Shown: positions 48,216-62,700 of the stretch, piece after piece | Position numbering within the stretch: the first letter of the stretch is position 1 | Layout of the letters: each line of letters starts with the position of its first letter | Source: Lingula anatina | Lineage: Eukaryota; Animalia; Brachiopoda | Length of the DNA: 64,000 nt | Direction of reading: 5' to 3' | NCBI GenBank assembly: GCA_051362555.1 | Contig: CM120648.1 | Location: 3,654,587 to 3,718,586, forward strand | The notes under the pieces: generated by a model | What the model was told of the DNA's origin: nothing | What the model saw: only the letters and a program-made list of their open reading frames with translations | The model's database searches: none | Position numbers and translations under genes: made by a program

Positions 48216-51200
48216 TCAAAATTCCAATTCATCGCTACAAAAGATAAAAATAAGAAAAACTGTTTATTCATATAAAGTATGAATTCTCTTAGCCATCTTT
48301 ACCAAAATAAAACTTTTGCCTGCAATCAGAACAGGAGTAACAGATACGCGGATCAAATATGGCTGACCCACATAAAAGCAATGCTGACTAGTCCCCTGAT
48401 GGTCTCCCCGCCTCCACACGCGCCATCCCTTCAGGGGCCTGGCAAGTAAACCTCAGAGCCGAGATTTAATCCGTTTTGTCACGTGTGAAGGCGGGGTGAT
48501 GGTCAGAGGATTAGGCGGCTTGCTTTTAAGTGGGGTCGGCCTCATTTAGTCCGCGGATCATCCGTTCTGAATGCGCTCTTTAGCTTCTTAAAAGCGATCA
48601 TGAAATTTACGAGCTATAAAAAAATTATAAAACACGAAGAAACAAAATAAAAGTTACTGAATTTAAGAAACATATTGCGTCTTACTCTTCTACATCAATC
48701 AGCTTCATGATGTCCTGGTCTAACTTCCGGAGTGCGTGCGCACCTCGTTCGACATGTTGCACTTTTGTCGCCTCCTTTGCCGCCTCAGGCCGGTGCCACT
48801 CGAATGTCAACGGTTCTTCTTTCTCCTTCAATGGCTGAGCAAGAGGCGCAACTGGGGATCGACGCGGTGACTTGGGTCCTTTGGGCTTATGCTTTCCTTT
48901 CTCTTTGGGTTTCGAGTATTTTTCGTGCGCCGGGACAACAAGCCTCTTCGTGTCAACTTGTTCGTCGACCTCGTTTGGTTCGGCACCCCCAATGGCCTCG
49001 TCTGCCAAGTCCTGCACGGAAAATGATAGCAATTTTAGTACAAACAATTTGGTAATTTTACGTTATTACTTCTAAAGAAATTTATGGTTAATATAACTAT
49101 ATAAAACTTTTAAAATATAATTGGACAGCTTTAGTTTCCAAGAATACTCAAGGATCGCTGAAGGTCGATCGCTGAAGGAAGATTGCTTGTTTTTCTCTGA
49201 ACAGTGAAAAATTAGAAATAAGAAAGAGAAAACCGACATTATAAATAGGCCTACATTTTTATCACTCGTTATCTTATCGTTATCTATTATGATCTGATTA
49301 ATTAAGTTGACAGGCCCTATAAAATCCGTTAAATATAAAGCCTTTTGCACTTCTTCCAATGAACAGCTTATTTAGGCTCGCAGACAAATGTGACGGAAAA
49401 AACCGCCTGGAATAGGACTGTACTTCACTTGAAATCAGTCTTATTTGTGAAATAAATCTGAAGAAGATTCCGGGCGAAACAATTATGAAGTACAAGTATC
49501 TCAACCACTCTATGTTCTAGGACCCAGTCAAAAACTACATATTAGGCCTACATTTTGACGAAATACAGAAAAAAGTTGTTTCTTTTTTAAAATATATACC
49601 ACAGCACCTCATAAGATGACGTCACTTCCTCTTTATTGTCAACGGGGATGCTCTGACCATTGGTCTTTCCGGATATGATCACGCTGTTGACCTGACGCTG
49701 TAAGTTACGCCAGTGCGCTCTGTTTTGGCGATTCGGAATGTCTATGGCATTTATCACCTGAAAATTAGACCTAGATATATCGCACCTTAACCAAATTGAA
49801 ATGAAGATTTAACACACAGAACGCTGGTTCCATCTATAGCGTACTGCTTTGAGAGGACCAACGACACAACGGGGGCTTCACTCGCTTTCACAACCTTGTC
49901 GTGTTCTTAGAGTGCAAAGAAATGCCAGGGCGTCAGTGAGTAGAAATTAGTTGTCGGGTGAGTCGAGCTCCGGGACGTCGTTTAGGCGATTCTTATACAC
50001 AATAGCCGTGCTCAGCTGCCATCTCAAAACAGATCGCTTAAAATGGAAGGGTAATGACAGAACGTTCCCTGCGAAAAGGCCTTTACTAATAAAATATAGT
50101 TTATTTTTGTTGGCATTGCAATTGGTCTTCAACGTGACCCTTAGGCAAAAGTAGTGGTTTTAAGCTTATACAAGATATAAAACAACGAAAATTATAAGTA
50201 CCTTTTGTAAAGCCATTTTCATAACTTGCAGTCGAACTATTTCCTTTTCCATGATATCTGAGGCAATGTTCCCCATTTCCTGGGAAAATTAAAGAAAGAT
50301 AAGCATAAGAAGACAGTTTTGAAAATAATAGTTAAAAACTTCATTGTCGCTCTTATTCAATAGCATTGACCTTTTTGCAACAGTACAACATTCAAACCCA
50401 AGATGAAGCTTCAGGGAGTGAGATAGTATCGGTTGGATGAGAGAGAGGCGATGTATGATTTTCAATTCCATCACATCATTTTAAGTTGTCTAATACTCTT
50501 CAGAAATGTTCTGCATTAACGACTGTTTCAAGTTTAAATAGATAAATAGTCAATTCTAAGAAATTAAAAAATCACTGAAATATCCACCTTCAAAAACTCC
50601 ACCTGGAGCTCGTCGAGCGACTTCTGGCGGCTCTCGTATACACTAAATGCCACGTCCATCTTTGCCTCTCTGCCATGGAGTTGTTCTACGATGGCCTCCT
50701 CTTTGGCCGCGGGATAGGATCTTCGCATCCTCAGTTTACGAAGAGCCTCGCGGCAGTCTTCACATTTTGCATTCATTTTTATAAATTCCTGTAAAAAAAA
50801 AAGGAAATTGGTGCAAGATGGCGGTTGGTTGCAAGATGAGATTTGGATTGCAATTTATTTATCTATTTAGTTAGTTAGTTAGATATTTTGCTAGTAAGTT
50901 GGTCAGTTAGTTGGTTAGTTGTTTGGTAAGTTAAATAGTTTTTCTTCAATCAATATAAGGCGGCTTTTGTGAATGAGAATAACCTATGCATTTTTCAAAA
51001 AGTTCGATTTAGATTTATTGTTTTAAAAGAGGCCACACTTACCGTAGATGCGCACGGCGGCGAGGGAATTAATACCCCAAAGGAGATTCATTTTGATGCA
51101 TTGTTTTGAAGGATTCAAAATACGAAAGTTTACATCAGACATGAAGAGAATATGGTCGCAAAATGTTTTAATGCCGTGATTTCTCACCTCTTTCGCCTTT

Positions 51201-52852
51201 GTCACTTTTTTGATCATCTCTCTCTGCCTTCTGTTCAGTTGCTGTATCCGGGCCTTGAAATGGTCTTTGGTTTCTTTGGGATCTATGGCGGACAACGGGC
51301 GTCCATCACTCTGGTATGTGTCATTTTGAAAGCTTGACGAACGACAAAATAACATTAACGAGTAAAAATAGGGAGCAATTTTGAAGTACTTAAATTAATT
51401 TCTAGAAACCTTAAATTGATCATCCGCCCGTTACTAGAAGGTTACATTAAAACACAACATAAGATGTAACGTATTATGCTAATATACGTGAAATAGAGTG
51501 AACGTCAGAAATGTGGTCAGAGCCAAAACATAGTTGGGGTTGTCTTTGATTTATTTCAAGCCTGCATGGGACTTTCCATAGACGAAAATGTCATATTACT
51601 GATTCAACAAGTAGTTATGCATGGTAGGCTTATTATTACCTTTGACGATAGACGATAGACCTTTGACGCAATCACTTGCATATATTTTTTCCTGAATAAC
51701 TCACTTGTTCATAAAAGAAGCGCTGGGGCGCGCGCGCGCACGCACACACCCACACACACGCGCGCGCTCAATCGCACGAATGCACTCATGCAAACACGCA
51801 TACAGACACAGATACAAACGCATGCACACACATACACAAACACGTGAGAACACGCACACATGCAAACACACTTGTAAGCACGCGCAAACATTTAAACACC
51901 TATTTAAAAGGGACAGCGGAGACTTGTCCACCTCAGTGATCATCATATAGGCCCTGTAGTGGGCGTCCGACTGCTCTCTGGCCAGGTTGACCATCATGTC
52001 CACCGCGCGCTGATAGTCCTGGTCTGATTGGGACCCTGATTAAGATTTTAAAAAGGAAAATCTGTAACAGACTAACCAGAGGTTATTTTAATCTCGGTAT
52101 AGACTTGGTTAAATTCAGGGAAATATTGGTTTTCTTTTCAACTTTGAGTTGTACTAGACTGATACTTATTAATTGAGTTTCGACTTTCCAAAGATCGGGT
52201 TTCTGACTGAGCCGTAACTGTATTACGCCTATCATTTTTTGCTTTTTTTTTAAATTATTTTAATTCTGAATTTTTTATTGATATTTGATGTATTTAAAAT
52301 ATTTTCTTATTTAAATATTGATCCAAACCGTTTGTCAGTGGCACTCTGTGTAGTTCATAATAGGTGTTTTCAGCCCATCTCTGATACGTCTCCGAAACTG
52401 TCTTCTCTAGATACGCGCGGCTGCTCATTATTTTTGAGAACACCTTCAAAAACCTATGAAAAGTAATTGAATGACAACATGAATTCAAATGAATAAATTT
52501 ATGTCAATAAATCACTTGCACTGTAATCTTAAGACTTATTTGTTATCCCCATTATTTATTATTCATCATCTTCAATGGAAAACTTTAATCGATAATAAAG
52601 GTCACGAGTTTATAATGCATTAAATACTTATGTCGCATAACTGATCTTAAACAAATGCAGCATTTCTGTCAAAGTTGCACTTAGGACAAATAAAAAAAGT
52701 TCGGCCATGCTGGTAGTCTCGGCTCTGAAAAGTTAACTTTTCCCCTCTATTCAAAATTTATATATAATATAATAAAAATATGCTCACTGTTGTCCTGTCT
52801 CAAATTGACCAAACACTTCCCCCGGATTTGGCGCAGCTTCATTTTGCGCCAT
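48216..52852 (-). CDS. Coiled-coil protein, possibly divergent F-BAR (PACSIN-like), about 396 aa
   Basis: Exons 52852-52788, 52453-52329, 52035-51932, 51310-51188, 50788-50588, 50279-50202, 49757-49608, 49011-48686, 48234-48216. Phases compatible, 1191 nt. Long helical segments (KETKDHFK...KKVTKAKEEF...C) only weakly recall F-BAR. The 3' end is uncertain. Confidence 0.6.
48330..48590. mobile_element. Palindromic MITE, related to 34940-35130
   Basis: Shares TGATGGTCTCCCCGCCTC...AAACCTCAGAGCC..ATTTAATCCGTTT with 35019-35097. Inverted arms CGCGGATC/GTCCGCG. Confidence 0.5.
51720..51890. repeat. Purine-pyrimidine alternating (CG/CA) microsatellite
   Basis: GCGCGCGCGCGCACGCACACAC... in an intron. 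A further (GT)n tract is at 43171-43207. Confidence 0.8.
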
Positions 52853-53761
52853 GTCAGCAGTCGTTGGTCGGTTAGCATAACTTTTGAAGCAGCACCAAGT
52901 GTCGGACAGGGAGATCCATGCTTCAGGATGATGTTAAGCAGCGAAGACCCCGCGTGACTTGACACTATTATGACGTCACTCAATTACGCCATAATCGAAA
53001 GGAACTTTCAACGTCAAGACGTCGCTTCGTTATTGTGTCACAAGGGTATGACTTAGACAAATAAACAAAAAACACGCATGTTTTCTTGCATTGAATGAAA
53101 TCCTTTTGATTGATTGAAAGGTAGAATATTCTAAATGGTATAAAACGACAAGTTTATCATCTTATTTTTCCACTGGCCTATAGTAAGACCTATGATATAC
53201 ATCGACACAGGGCTAGTCATTTCTAGTGACGTCTTCTTGGTATTATGTCTCATTGTACATATTCATACGCCTTGATGAATCAACCGGAACGTCATCAGTT
53301 ATAATAATCACAAGTCCAGTATAAGATTTAATTAAACAAAATTATTCAGAAATGCCTTTAAAACTACCTCCGTTTACACGATTGACCTAAAGTACGTCTA
53401 ATTATAACTTAAATTACATAAAACCTTTTTACAACTTTATAAGGGAACTTTTTGCAATGATAAACAAGCATACTGCTTTCATTTTATTTCTTGGAAATTA
53501 CATTCTCTACTTATTTATAGATGGTTGCGCATTAAACCACTGCGCACGGCACTAAAACGCGTCCTTTTATTTTGCTCGTCTGAGCGTAAACGTCCCTTTG
53601 ACAACAATATGTAAACTACTATTCAATACCCAGGTCAATTTTACACGCTCTGATCGATTGTACAAAAGCAAAATGGCGTCAAACGGGACGATTAACTGAT
53701 ACAGGTACTGCGCCAAGCGATGAAATGACGGCATATTAAGAGGGATAACTTTTCCGCAAGC

Positions 53762-56700
53762 ATGGTTTCTTCACGGAACAAACATATCTCAATTCTCACG
53801 TTACTTCTGGTGCTGTTGTTACCATGCAGTGGTAAGTTTGGAGGGTGAATTTTGCTTCGAAAAGATGTCCTAATTAAAAGGGCACCAGGTAAAGTAGAGC
53901 TTTGGCCAGGATTGCGAAATCAGCATCTCACTAATCGCATTAAAATGCTTACTGGTGGTTAAGACCGTCATGTCATCACTTAAATTTACGGATATTATGT
54001 TCAAGAAGATGAAAATTGTGTACTTAACCGCAATATTTACTAAAATTTAGAAGAGAGAGAGAGAGGTGTTTTTGAGTGTGTTGGGGGGGGGGGGGGGAGC
54101 TCAACGCCGTCACGTGCAATTTAACCTTGCTAAGATCCGGCTCAGGTCTTTTAAAATGATTAATGATGTCATCGTCACTAAAATAAAATAGATAGAGATT
54201 TGAAAATAACTGATAAATGCTTATATATGTCAAGAGTCTTGGTACAATATCAGTGGCAGTAGGGATGGAGGGGGGTGCTGGGGATGGCACAGCGGGCGTG
54301 TTACCCTAATACCCCCCTCCCCCGCCCAAATGATATAAATATAAAAATACAGCGATTTTTTTACCCCTCGTGACCTACCGATACATAACATAGTTACTTA
54401 TTCTCCTCGTCTACTGTTTAAACTAAGCCTAAAGACCATGTTTGTGCTCCGGCCTCAATTAACAAAATCTTGGATCCATTGGCAGGGAAGATAGGGGGTG
54501 GGGGGGGGGGGGGGGTGCCGGGCAGCTGTAATGATTCTTTACCTTTATGGCAAAGATAAGACATTGTAGGATGCTGGTTAAATATTACTGGCAACCGTTC
54601 AGAAATCTGGTTAAAATAAATGCCGTTAGGGGTCGCGATCGTCCATTGTTACCATCATTTTCACAAGTCTACAGAGACATGACTTTTTCCAGCCCCCCCC
54701 CCCCCCCTCAAAAAAAAAAAAATAATAATAATAATATGGGTGATGTGGGTGATGGCCAAAAGCTCTCGGAAAAAAGCTTTCACTATTTGAGACTTGAGCA
54801 TGCATCATTTTAATTCTTTGAGATAGACAGAAAACTGTACGAATTTTTATTTTTATTATTAGCTTATGTCACATTTGTTGTGATATGCGTGGCACATACT
54901 GTATAATATATAATATGTCATTAGAAGTTACATATGAAGACTGTTTAGACGGGGTTTTAAGTATCGTGCAGTGAGACCAAAACGCGCGAGTCCAAGCCAT
55001 CAAGATAGATTTTAATAAATCACCTTTTATCTTACAATACAAGTCTGTTACCATATCAGTGGGCCTTGTCTAAAGAAGGAAGTATATACTTTCTTGATCT
55101 AATTTATCACCTCACTTTTCATTTTATAGACCCTACTATTAACTGTAGCCCACTTTAAACAACCTGCTCTCTTTAAACAAATTACCGTCTCGTTATCAAA
55201 GTGATAACGAAGACATGGATTTACGCGTGTTATAGTTTAAAATATTTAAAAGTTTGAATTAAAAGAATTCCTGAAAATAAAACGTCGTATCGGTCACATA
55301 TATAAGTTATTATACCTGACACCCTAGATGTGATATTTTAAAAAATATTTTTATAAATGTTTCCCCGCAATGAGCGCTATGTTTTAACGTACATTTCAGA
55401 CATCAGGTATTTTTATTGAGGGGTCTTATCGTTGTAAAGGTTTGAAATGGGAAAGATTAATAGCTTTTTAAGACCAGTGGACATAGAAAATATAAAAATA
55501 ATTAGAATATTTTCAAATGCGAAAAATATATATACCTTTAAAAGATAAAATAAAAAAAGCAACAAAATGAAAAGTTATGACCCTCACAGCTGGTATATCT
55601 GAAATTCGAAATGTGATGTTTTATTAAAAATTAATGAAAACGAATACAAGCAAAATAAATAAAAAAATAGAAAAACGCTAGATACATTAAAAATATTTTT
55701 GTGATATAGTTTAAATTGTAGATTTCAGTCAATGCTTATAACTGTATAGACTGCTAAAACACGAGATCAAAAACATTGCGACAATTGTTATATCTTTGAA
55801 TATCAATGACCCAGACGTTCTGTTTATAAATATTGTAGACCGTGGGGATACACGGGTAACAACGGTCGAGTATATGAACAAATGTAACCTCGTTTGATGC
55901 AGCATCCTAACATTGTGTGAAAGTGTCTATGAGCAGACGTTGAACTGCAAACAGCTCTGCGATGGCAAAACATGTTTCACAATAAAGAGTATTTGCTGTT
56001 TTTTTGGTTGATAATAGAAACAACCTACTGAAAAAATGACATAGACAATACGCATTGTGTTCGGCTATTGAAAACATGCGTGTAATACAGACCTTAACCT
56101 GGTCCAGTGGCATGGGGCTTAGAATACATCAAGTTTACTTTTTATTTTTATTTATTTATTTTTTTGTTATCTTTAAAATCACTGTTCGTTTGGGGGAAAA
56201 AAGTAAATTTTCTTGAGGTAATCGACGATTATCTCTTACTTAGCAATGGTTATGGAATACATTCCGACATTCAAAGTTAGTTCAATTTTTTTTAAAGATT
56301 ATTTGAAATAATCTATTTCAAGAGATTATTACAGAGGGAAGCTATAATGCATCTACTGAAGTCCATGTGGTCTAAGGGCAAGCACAGATTCCAGAATAAT
56401 TGATGTTTTGGTGGTAAAATGGTATTTGTTACCTTTCTATGGCTTGTTTATAATGTATTTATTGTTAAATATGAATCTCATGTAAACAGTTGTTATCCGT
56501 TTAACTTTTGCGCCGTCTCCGTGTTTGTCTCAAATAAAAGTTACTTCCTTTTTTACCCACAAAAGCCAGACAGAATGGTTGAGCTGGGTAACGAGAGGCA
56601 ACTGTCTGTAGACAAAAGTAACAAATGAATGAGAGCTAATAATGCAAGAAGCGTTCCACCTCCTTTTCTTTGAATGAACCTTGTTAAAACAGACAAACAT

Positions 56701-59700
56701 AAAGCAACTAAAATTCAGTGTCGGTCATTTGCTCTGTTGTTCTTTTGTTTATTATTAATTTTTGAATATATAAAAATATAGGTGAGCAAAATCTATTTTC
56801 CCCAAAATAAAGATTGATCTTGTACGTTAACTTCATGGAAAATTAACAGTTTTCTCTGGTTTTAAGTACTCCTGCTCAAATATTGGATGTTTACTAGAAG
56901 TGGCTTCAGCCAAGTGAATCAATAATGGCCTTCAACTTTTGTCAACAGGGAACTTTTGTGTTAAGATATCGATTGACATTTAGTTAGACCTAGTGAATTA
57001 GCATTTTTCTTCAAGACCTCTCAAACCGATACTTAAGCAGGGCGATAATCGTAATTTATGCTCACTATGCAACCTTTTTTCACATTCTTATTTATTGTGT
57101 TTATTTTATATCAGCTTTTGAAGTTTATTTCATTTTTGTTTCGATTTCAGAGCAGGCGACATTGCTCACGTGCAGCTTTGAATCCAGTAGCATCTGCGGT
57201 TTCACACAGTCGACTAGCGACGATTTTAATTGGAGCAGAGACTACGGGGGCACCCCCTCTTCCAGCACGGGCCCCTCAGCTGCATACAGCGGGTCGTATT
57301 ATATGTACATAGAAACATCAAGCCCGGTAAGTGTATAATTCGTTAATTCATTGATCGAAATTTTCTGTGTCAACGTTATCAAGAACAGAAAAATGTATGA
57401 ATGGATTGCATGAGCATAAAATAAGTTTTGGAATCATCTGTTGGTAATAGTCATATATTTGAAGGGATACCAACTGTTAATTTTGCCAAAATAAAAGAAG
57501 AATTTCCAGGGGTAAACAACAATTTCGCCATACTACTATATAAGCCTATACGAATGTTCACTTTCAGAGAATACAAGGCGACACTGCAGTTTTGTACACC
57601 CCCAGTTTGAACCTCGCTGGAGGGTGTGGCCGGCTGGTCTTCCGGTACAATGCCTATGGCGGCACCTTGGGCTACCTGAGGGTCAAGCTGTACAATGGTC
57701 AGTACATGACCCAGCAGCTTTGGGAATACACTGGTTATTCCAGCAGCTCATGGCAAGAAACTAGCGTGTATTTCGAACAAGGCGGGAACTTTCAGGTTAG
57801 TTGCCGAATGGGTAGGTGGTTGCCGGGGAGGGGGGGGGGGGGGGGGCGGTTGTGGGAGAGTCGGAGGGAACAGGCGATAAAAATGAGGGAAGGGGGGTGC
57901 TTTGCCTCAGTTTGTACCGCTGGTAAGGGTTCCGTGAGCTTGTAAGGCCGAAAACTGAAGCAAGGAGGTGCGTTGCAATAGTCTGAAGGTTCAATAATTC
58001 GAAGGTTCATTGGCCCAAATGTTCAATATAGAATAATGGAGATCATTTCCAATAATTGATTCTCAGAGTACATTTCACCTTGTTCCAGATTGCATTTGAA
58101 GGAGTGCGAGGCACAAGCTATACAGGAGATTTTGCGATAGACGTCGTGACAGTGTCCTCGGAAAACAGCTCCTACTGCGACTCACTGAATCGAGGTATGG
58201 AAAAAGCAGCCCTCGTCAAAGGTCGTTGATAAAAAGAGTTGATCTCACCCTTAATAAAATAAAACATATTGGATACTGATTAAACTCCAGTTGCTGAACA
58301 GTGAACTTCAGAATGATTTGATTTGTTCTCGCCAGCAACCCACTTATTTTGAGGATATGCCTCACCAATATAATGTTTCCCTCAGAGCATCTTAATACAG
58401 ATTTCCAATAACAGTTAAAGATTTAAACCATATTGGAACATTCTGAATTACCTCTTCGATCGATTGGTTTGAATAATAAGACAGTTGTCAGCCCAGAGAA
58501 AAAGTTCAATCTTTGGTCAAGTTAACAACAAGTTGATCCGTAGACTAACTAGACTAGAGACTGGACACTATATGCCAGGCACTTGAAAAATTAATGGATT
58601 CCTGCCACCTATGTTCGCTGTCTTATCAGGGGCAGAGCGATGAAATGTCGGCACCTGAGTCCACGGAACAACTGGTCGTGGATGCTGTATAAAAACACAA
58701 TGTCTGTACCAATTATAACCATTACTTACAAAAGAATATGCTAAAATCATTTATAACCATATACTTACAGAAGAGTGCATTAAAGGGCTTTGAGCTTAAT
58801 ATTCTAACAGTCAGAAAAAAGAAAAATATTAATTTTCGTGGTGTTGACTTGTAGGTTTGCTATACTGTGACTTTGAGAGGGCAGACACCACATGTGGGTT
58901 TACCCAGGGTCTTGGATCTGTCTTTGCATGGACGCGCAACAGTGGCTCCACCCCCTCCAGCAATACTGGGCCATCGTTTGACTACACCACAGGCTTAGCG
59001 GGAGTAGGCTACTACTATTACACAGAAGTGACTAGTGTGAGTATAATTTATTTACTGATATAGAGGAAGTACTCATAAGAAGGCATCTTGATGTTTACTT
59101 ACTTTTTGTTTACTTATACACTGTATGTGCTCTCATGGATGCTATAGGTTTCACTTTCATTTTTCGCCACTGGCCATTCCACAGTATTTTGAATCTACAT
59201 GTATGTCAGTAGTGTGTCTCACCCTCTAAATAATTTTGTAGGGAAAAAAAGATAGTTGGCAACTATAAATGTGATGAAATAAATTGGCAAGTAAAATTTT
59301 CCTGTAGAAAAGGGAAATTTTCTCTGCTGGACGTAGTTTGTGAGCGATCGTTGTTCATCGATCTTTACCTGCACTGATATTTGATGGTTTTAAGTATGTC
59401 CAATTCCAAAATGTAGTATTAACGTGTGGCTTTTTTAAAACACAGACAGCATACCTTTAGTTATTGGATGACCTACCAAACATGAATGATTGTAATTACA
59501 GCGCAATACTGGAGACACGGCCATTTTGGAAAGTTCCAACTTCGTTTTCCACGAGACGTGTGTTGAAGTGGCCTTTGCTTACCATGCATATGGGGGTGAT
59601 TTGGGCACATTGTCGGTGATCCTGGTCCACGTAAGCACATCAACACAAAATGTACTTTGGCACAGCAGCAGTGTCACTTCAAATAACAACTGGATTATGG

Positions 59701-62700
59701 AATCTGTTAGGTTGAATGATACCGTAGCTATTGTGGCTAATGTAAATTATAAGGTAAGTGGAATGTTCGGTTTATGGAAGTTTTTTTTAAATGAAACGGT
59801 CCAATATATACTGTAGTAAATTATACACACAACAGAACTCTACTAGTTTCACTTTCAGTTATATATGTACTAGTACGTTAACATAAATTTTTGACAAGGT
59901 ATTAATATATTGTATTAGTTAAAAGTTATGATGCTCCTTTGCACTTCTGACTGTCCGGTGAAAGAATTTTTTTCTTATGCCATCCCTTCAAACTCAGAAA
60001 ATAAATATTGTACATAATGGTTCTCTTACTAATTAAAATTCCCTTTTCTAGAAAGTTTGGCAGCTTTAACATTATTTCAGTTGGTAATATTATAATTAAT
60101 CAGTCAATTAATTAAATACTAGTAATATAATAGAATTGTCTTGGATAATCTTGAAGCACTGTTACACATGCAAGGCTTTAAAAGGGTAGTTAATAATTGC
60201 ATTTTTATGTGTGTATTTTTAATACTGTTCTTTTTACTTCAGCTGCAGTTTAAGGTCATCCGTGGTTCTGGCTACAGGGGGGATTTTGCTATTGATAATG
60301 TTAAAGTGTCATCAGGATGCTCTGTAAACAATGCTACAGGTGAGTTCTTACTTTACTGGCGTGACAGGAATGGTTAAAGTCTTCTAGAAACCATAGTCCA
60401 ATCTCCATTTGTACTGGCTAGTACAGGTGACATTTGTCTCATGTATTCACCCAAAAACTCCAGCTATATAACCTTAACCTGTACTGTGCTTGCTGTGCTG
60501 TTCTGCGAGTTGGTCACCATCATTACTGTTCTGTGGTGCTTGAATTCCGTGGCAAAGTGAGGATCAAACTATTAACTATGCCATTAGCTGAATGTTGTTA
60601 CATTAATTGCGCCTTAAGTAGCATCATTACATGTATATACATCAGAAAATTTAAGTATGTGTAACGAAAAGGCATGAAATGTCATGCTACTGTGCTGTAG
60701 TCATTATCGAAGACTAAGAAGTGTTTCCTTTTGCTTCAGATCCTCTCCTCATCAATGCCACAGAAGTCTGGGGAAGGCTTACTTCTCCAAACTTTCCAGC
60801 CTATTACTCAAACAATGTAGTTTACCAGCGGGATATTTACCCTGCACCATATACCAATGTTATATTCTACTTTGCCACTTTGTCTGTGGAAGGGGGATCC
60901 TACGACTACGTTCTGGTAAGTGGAGAAATTGTACCTGTTGTTTTAGCATTAAAACATGGAATTAAAAATGATTGCAGTAATTCTATACATGACAGGTATA
61001 ATTGCTGGAAAAAACTGAGATGCCTATACTCTTAACCATTTTGGGATATTTGACTATATGTGCCCATCTCTTCAATATAGTGACATTAGAAAGGAATTAA
61101 TTGCCATTTTAAATTAGTTATTGCTATCAAAATGTTCTATGTTAGCTGGGCCAAATATCAGACTCCAGTGCCAGCAGTTTGAACTCATATTAACCTTTTT
61201 TTACCTCCTCCAAGGAGGTATTGTTTTCCTTAATGTTTGTTTGTTTGTCAGTTTGTCTGTCTGTCAGCAGCTATAGGCAAAAAAGTAGAGATCGAACAGA
61301 TTTTAATGACATTTTTAAGCAGGATAGTTCACAAATGGGTCAAGGCAGAAATGGTTAGATTTTGGTTATGACCCATATAATAATTTTTTGTTAATTATTA
61401 GTTTAGTTATCAAGTCAAAAAGTATTGAACGGATTTTGATGACATTTTCAGGATATTTAGGTCATAAGGTCACAATGGGCCAAGGAAGAAATAATTGGAT
61501 ATTTATGATCATCCATTATTGAATGATTAATTATTAATTTATTAATGTTAAATTTTAGTTAAATATTTGTCCTGGCAGAGGTCTTCACTTTCTGAGTACT
61601 CTTGTTTGTAGATTAATTCAATTTTTTTCTTTTTCCACTGAAAACACAATTAACCTTCTCAAATTTATCATTTCTTTTAGGTGAATAATATAAAATATGT
61701 CACTCGTCCCAGCAGCTCTTTTGTCGTGAGTGGGGTGGGGTCATATGTCAGGGTGTACTTCAGGAGTGACTCTTCACAAACACGCCAAGGGTTTGATCTT
61801 TACTACAAGGCCACCTCAGCTACAGGGTCCAGTTATGGTAAGCAGGAGGTTCATATATTAGATGACTGAAAACTCTGGTATATACGGTATAATGTACACC
61901 ATGTCACCTATGTTTTATTAATGTGTTAATTGATCATTTCTACGACCAATGATTATTATGAGCCAACAGAATCCTTTATTTCTTGCTCTTGGACAAAAGT
62001 GAAATATAATATAAAATATGCTTAGTTGATCATGCATTGGAGTTAAGCTGTCTAAACCAAGCCAGAAATATTTAACCTTCTAATGCATTTAATACATTGT
62101 GATCATCAAAATTAAACAGAAAAAAGAAGTTAAATAAAATGAAATACATGATTATTTGATTCCCATTCATTTTTTAGGAAAAATTGATGTGGATGATTAC
62201 AGCTCCACAGGAAGTGGCACCCTGACCTCTCCTTTGTACCCTAACAACCACTACGGCACCTACGACTACTGGTGGATAATAACTGCGCGCACGTCCTACC
62301 TCATTACCATCACCTTCACGTCCATAGACATGAGGGACACACAGGGATGCGTACAGGACTTTGTGAAGGTTTGTGCTGAGTTTTAAACTGGTGCACCAAG
62401 AATTAAGAAATATATATATAAAAATATATTTTTTATAAGTAGGTGGTCTTTTTACTGAATATATATTTATGGCATGATTATATTTATATTTATGAAATAT
62501 GATTCTTAAAATTCAACTTCCGGAATATGTACTCTGAGGCTCAGGTTTGATGTATACAAGCTTTTAAAATAAGTATTTGGTCTTTTTATTGACTATGTAT
62601 TTATTACTGTACAGTAGGTTTTTTTTTTAAATGAATGAACTCAGATCTGATTTATGCAAGATTAATTCTTTTCATCTATCCTCATCAGTATTTAAGGTAT

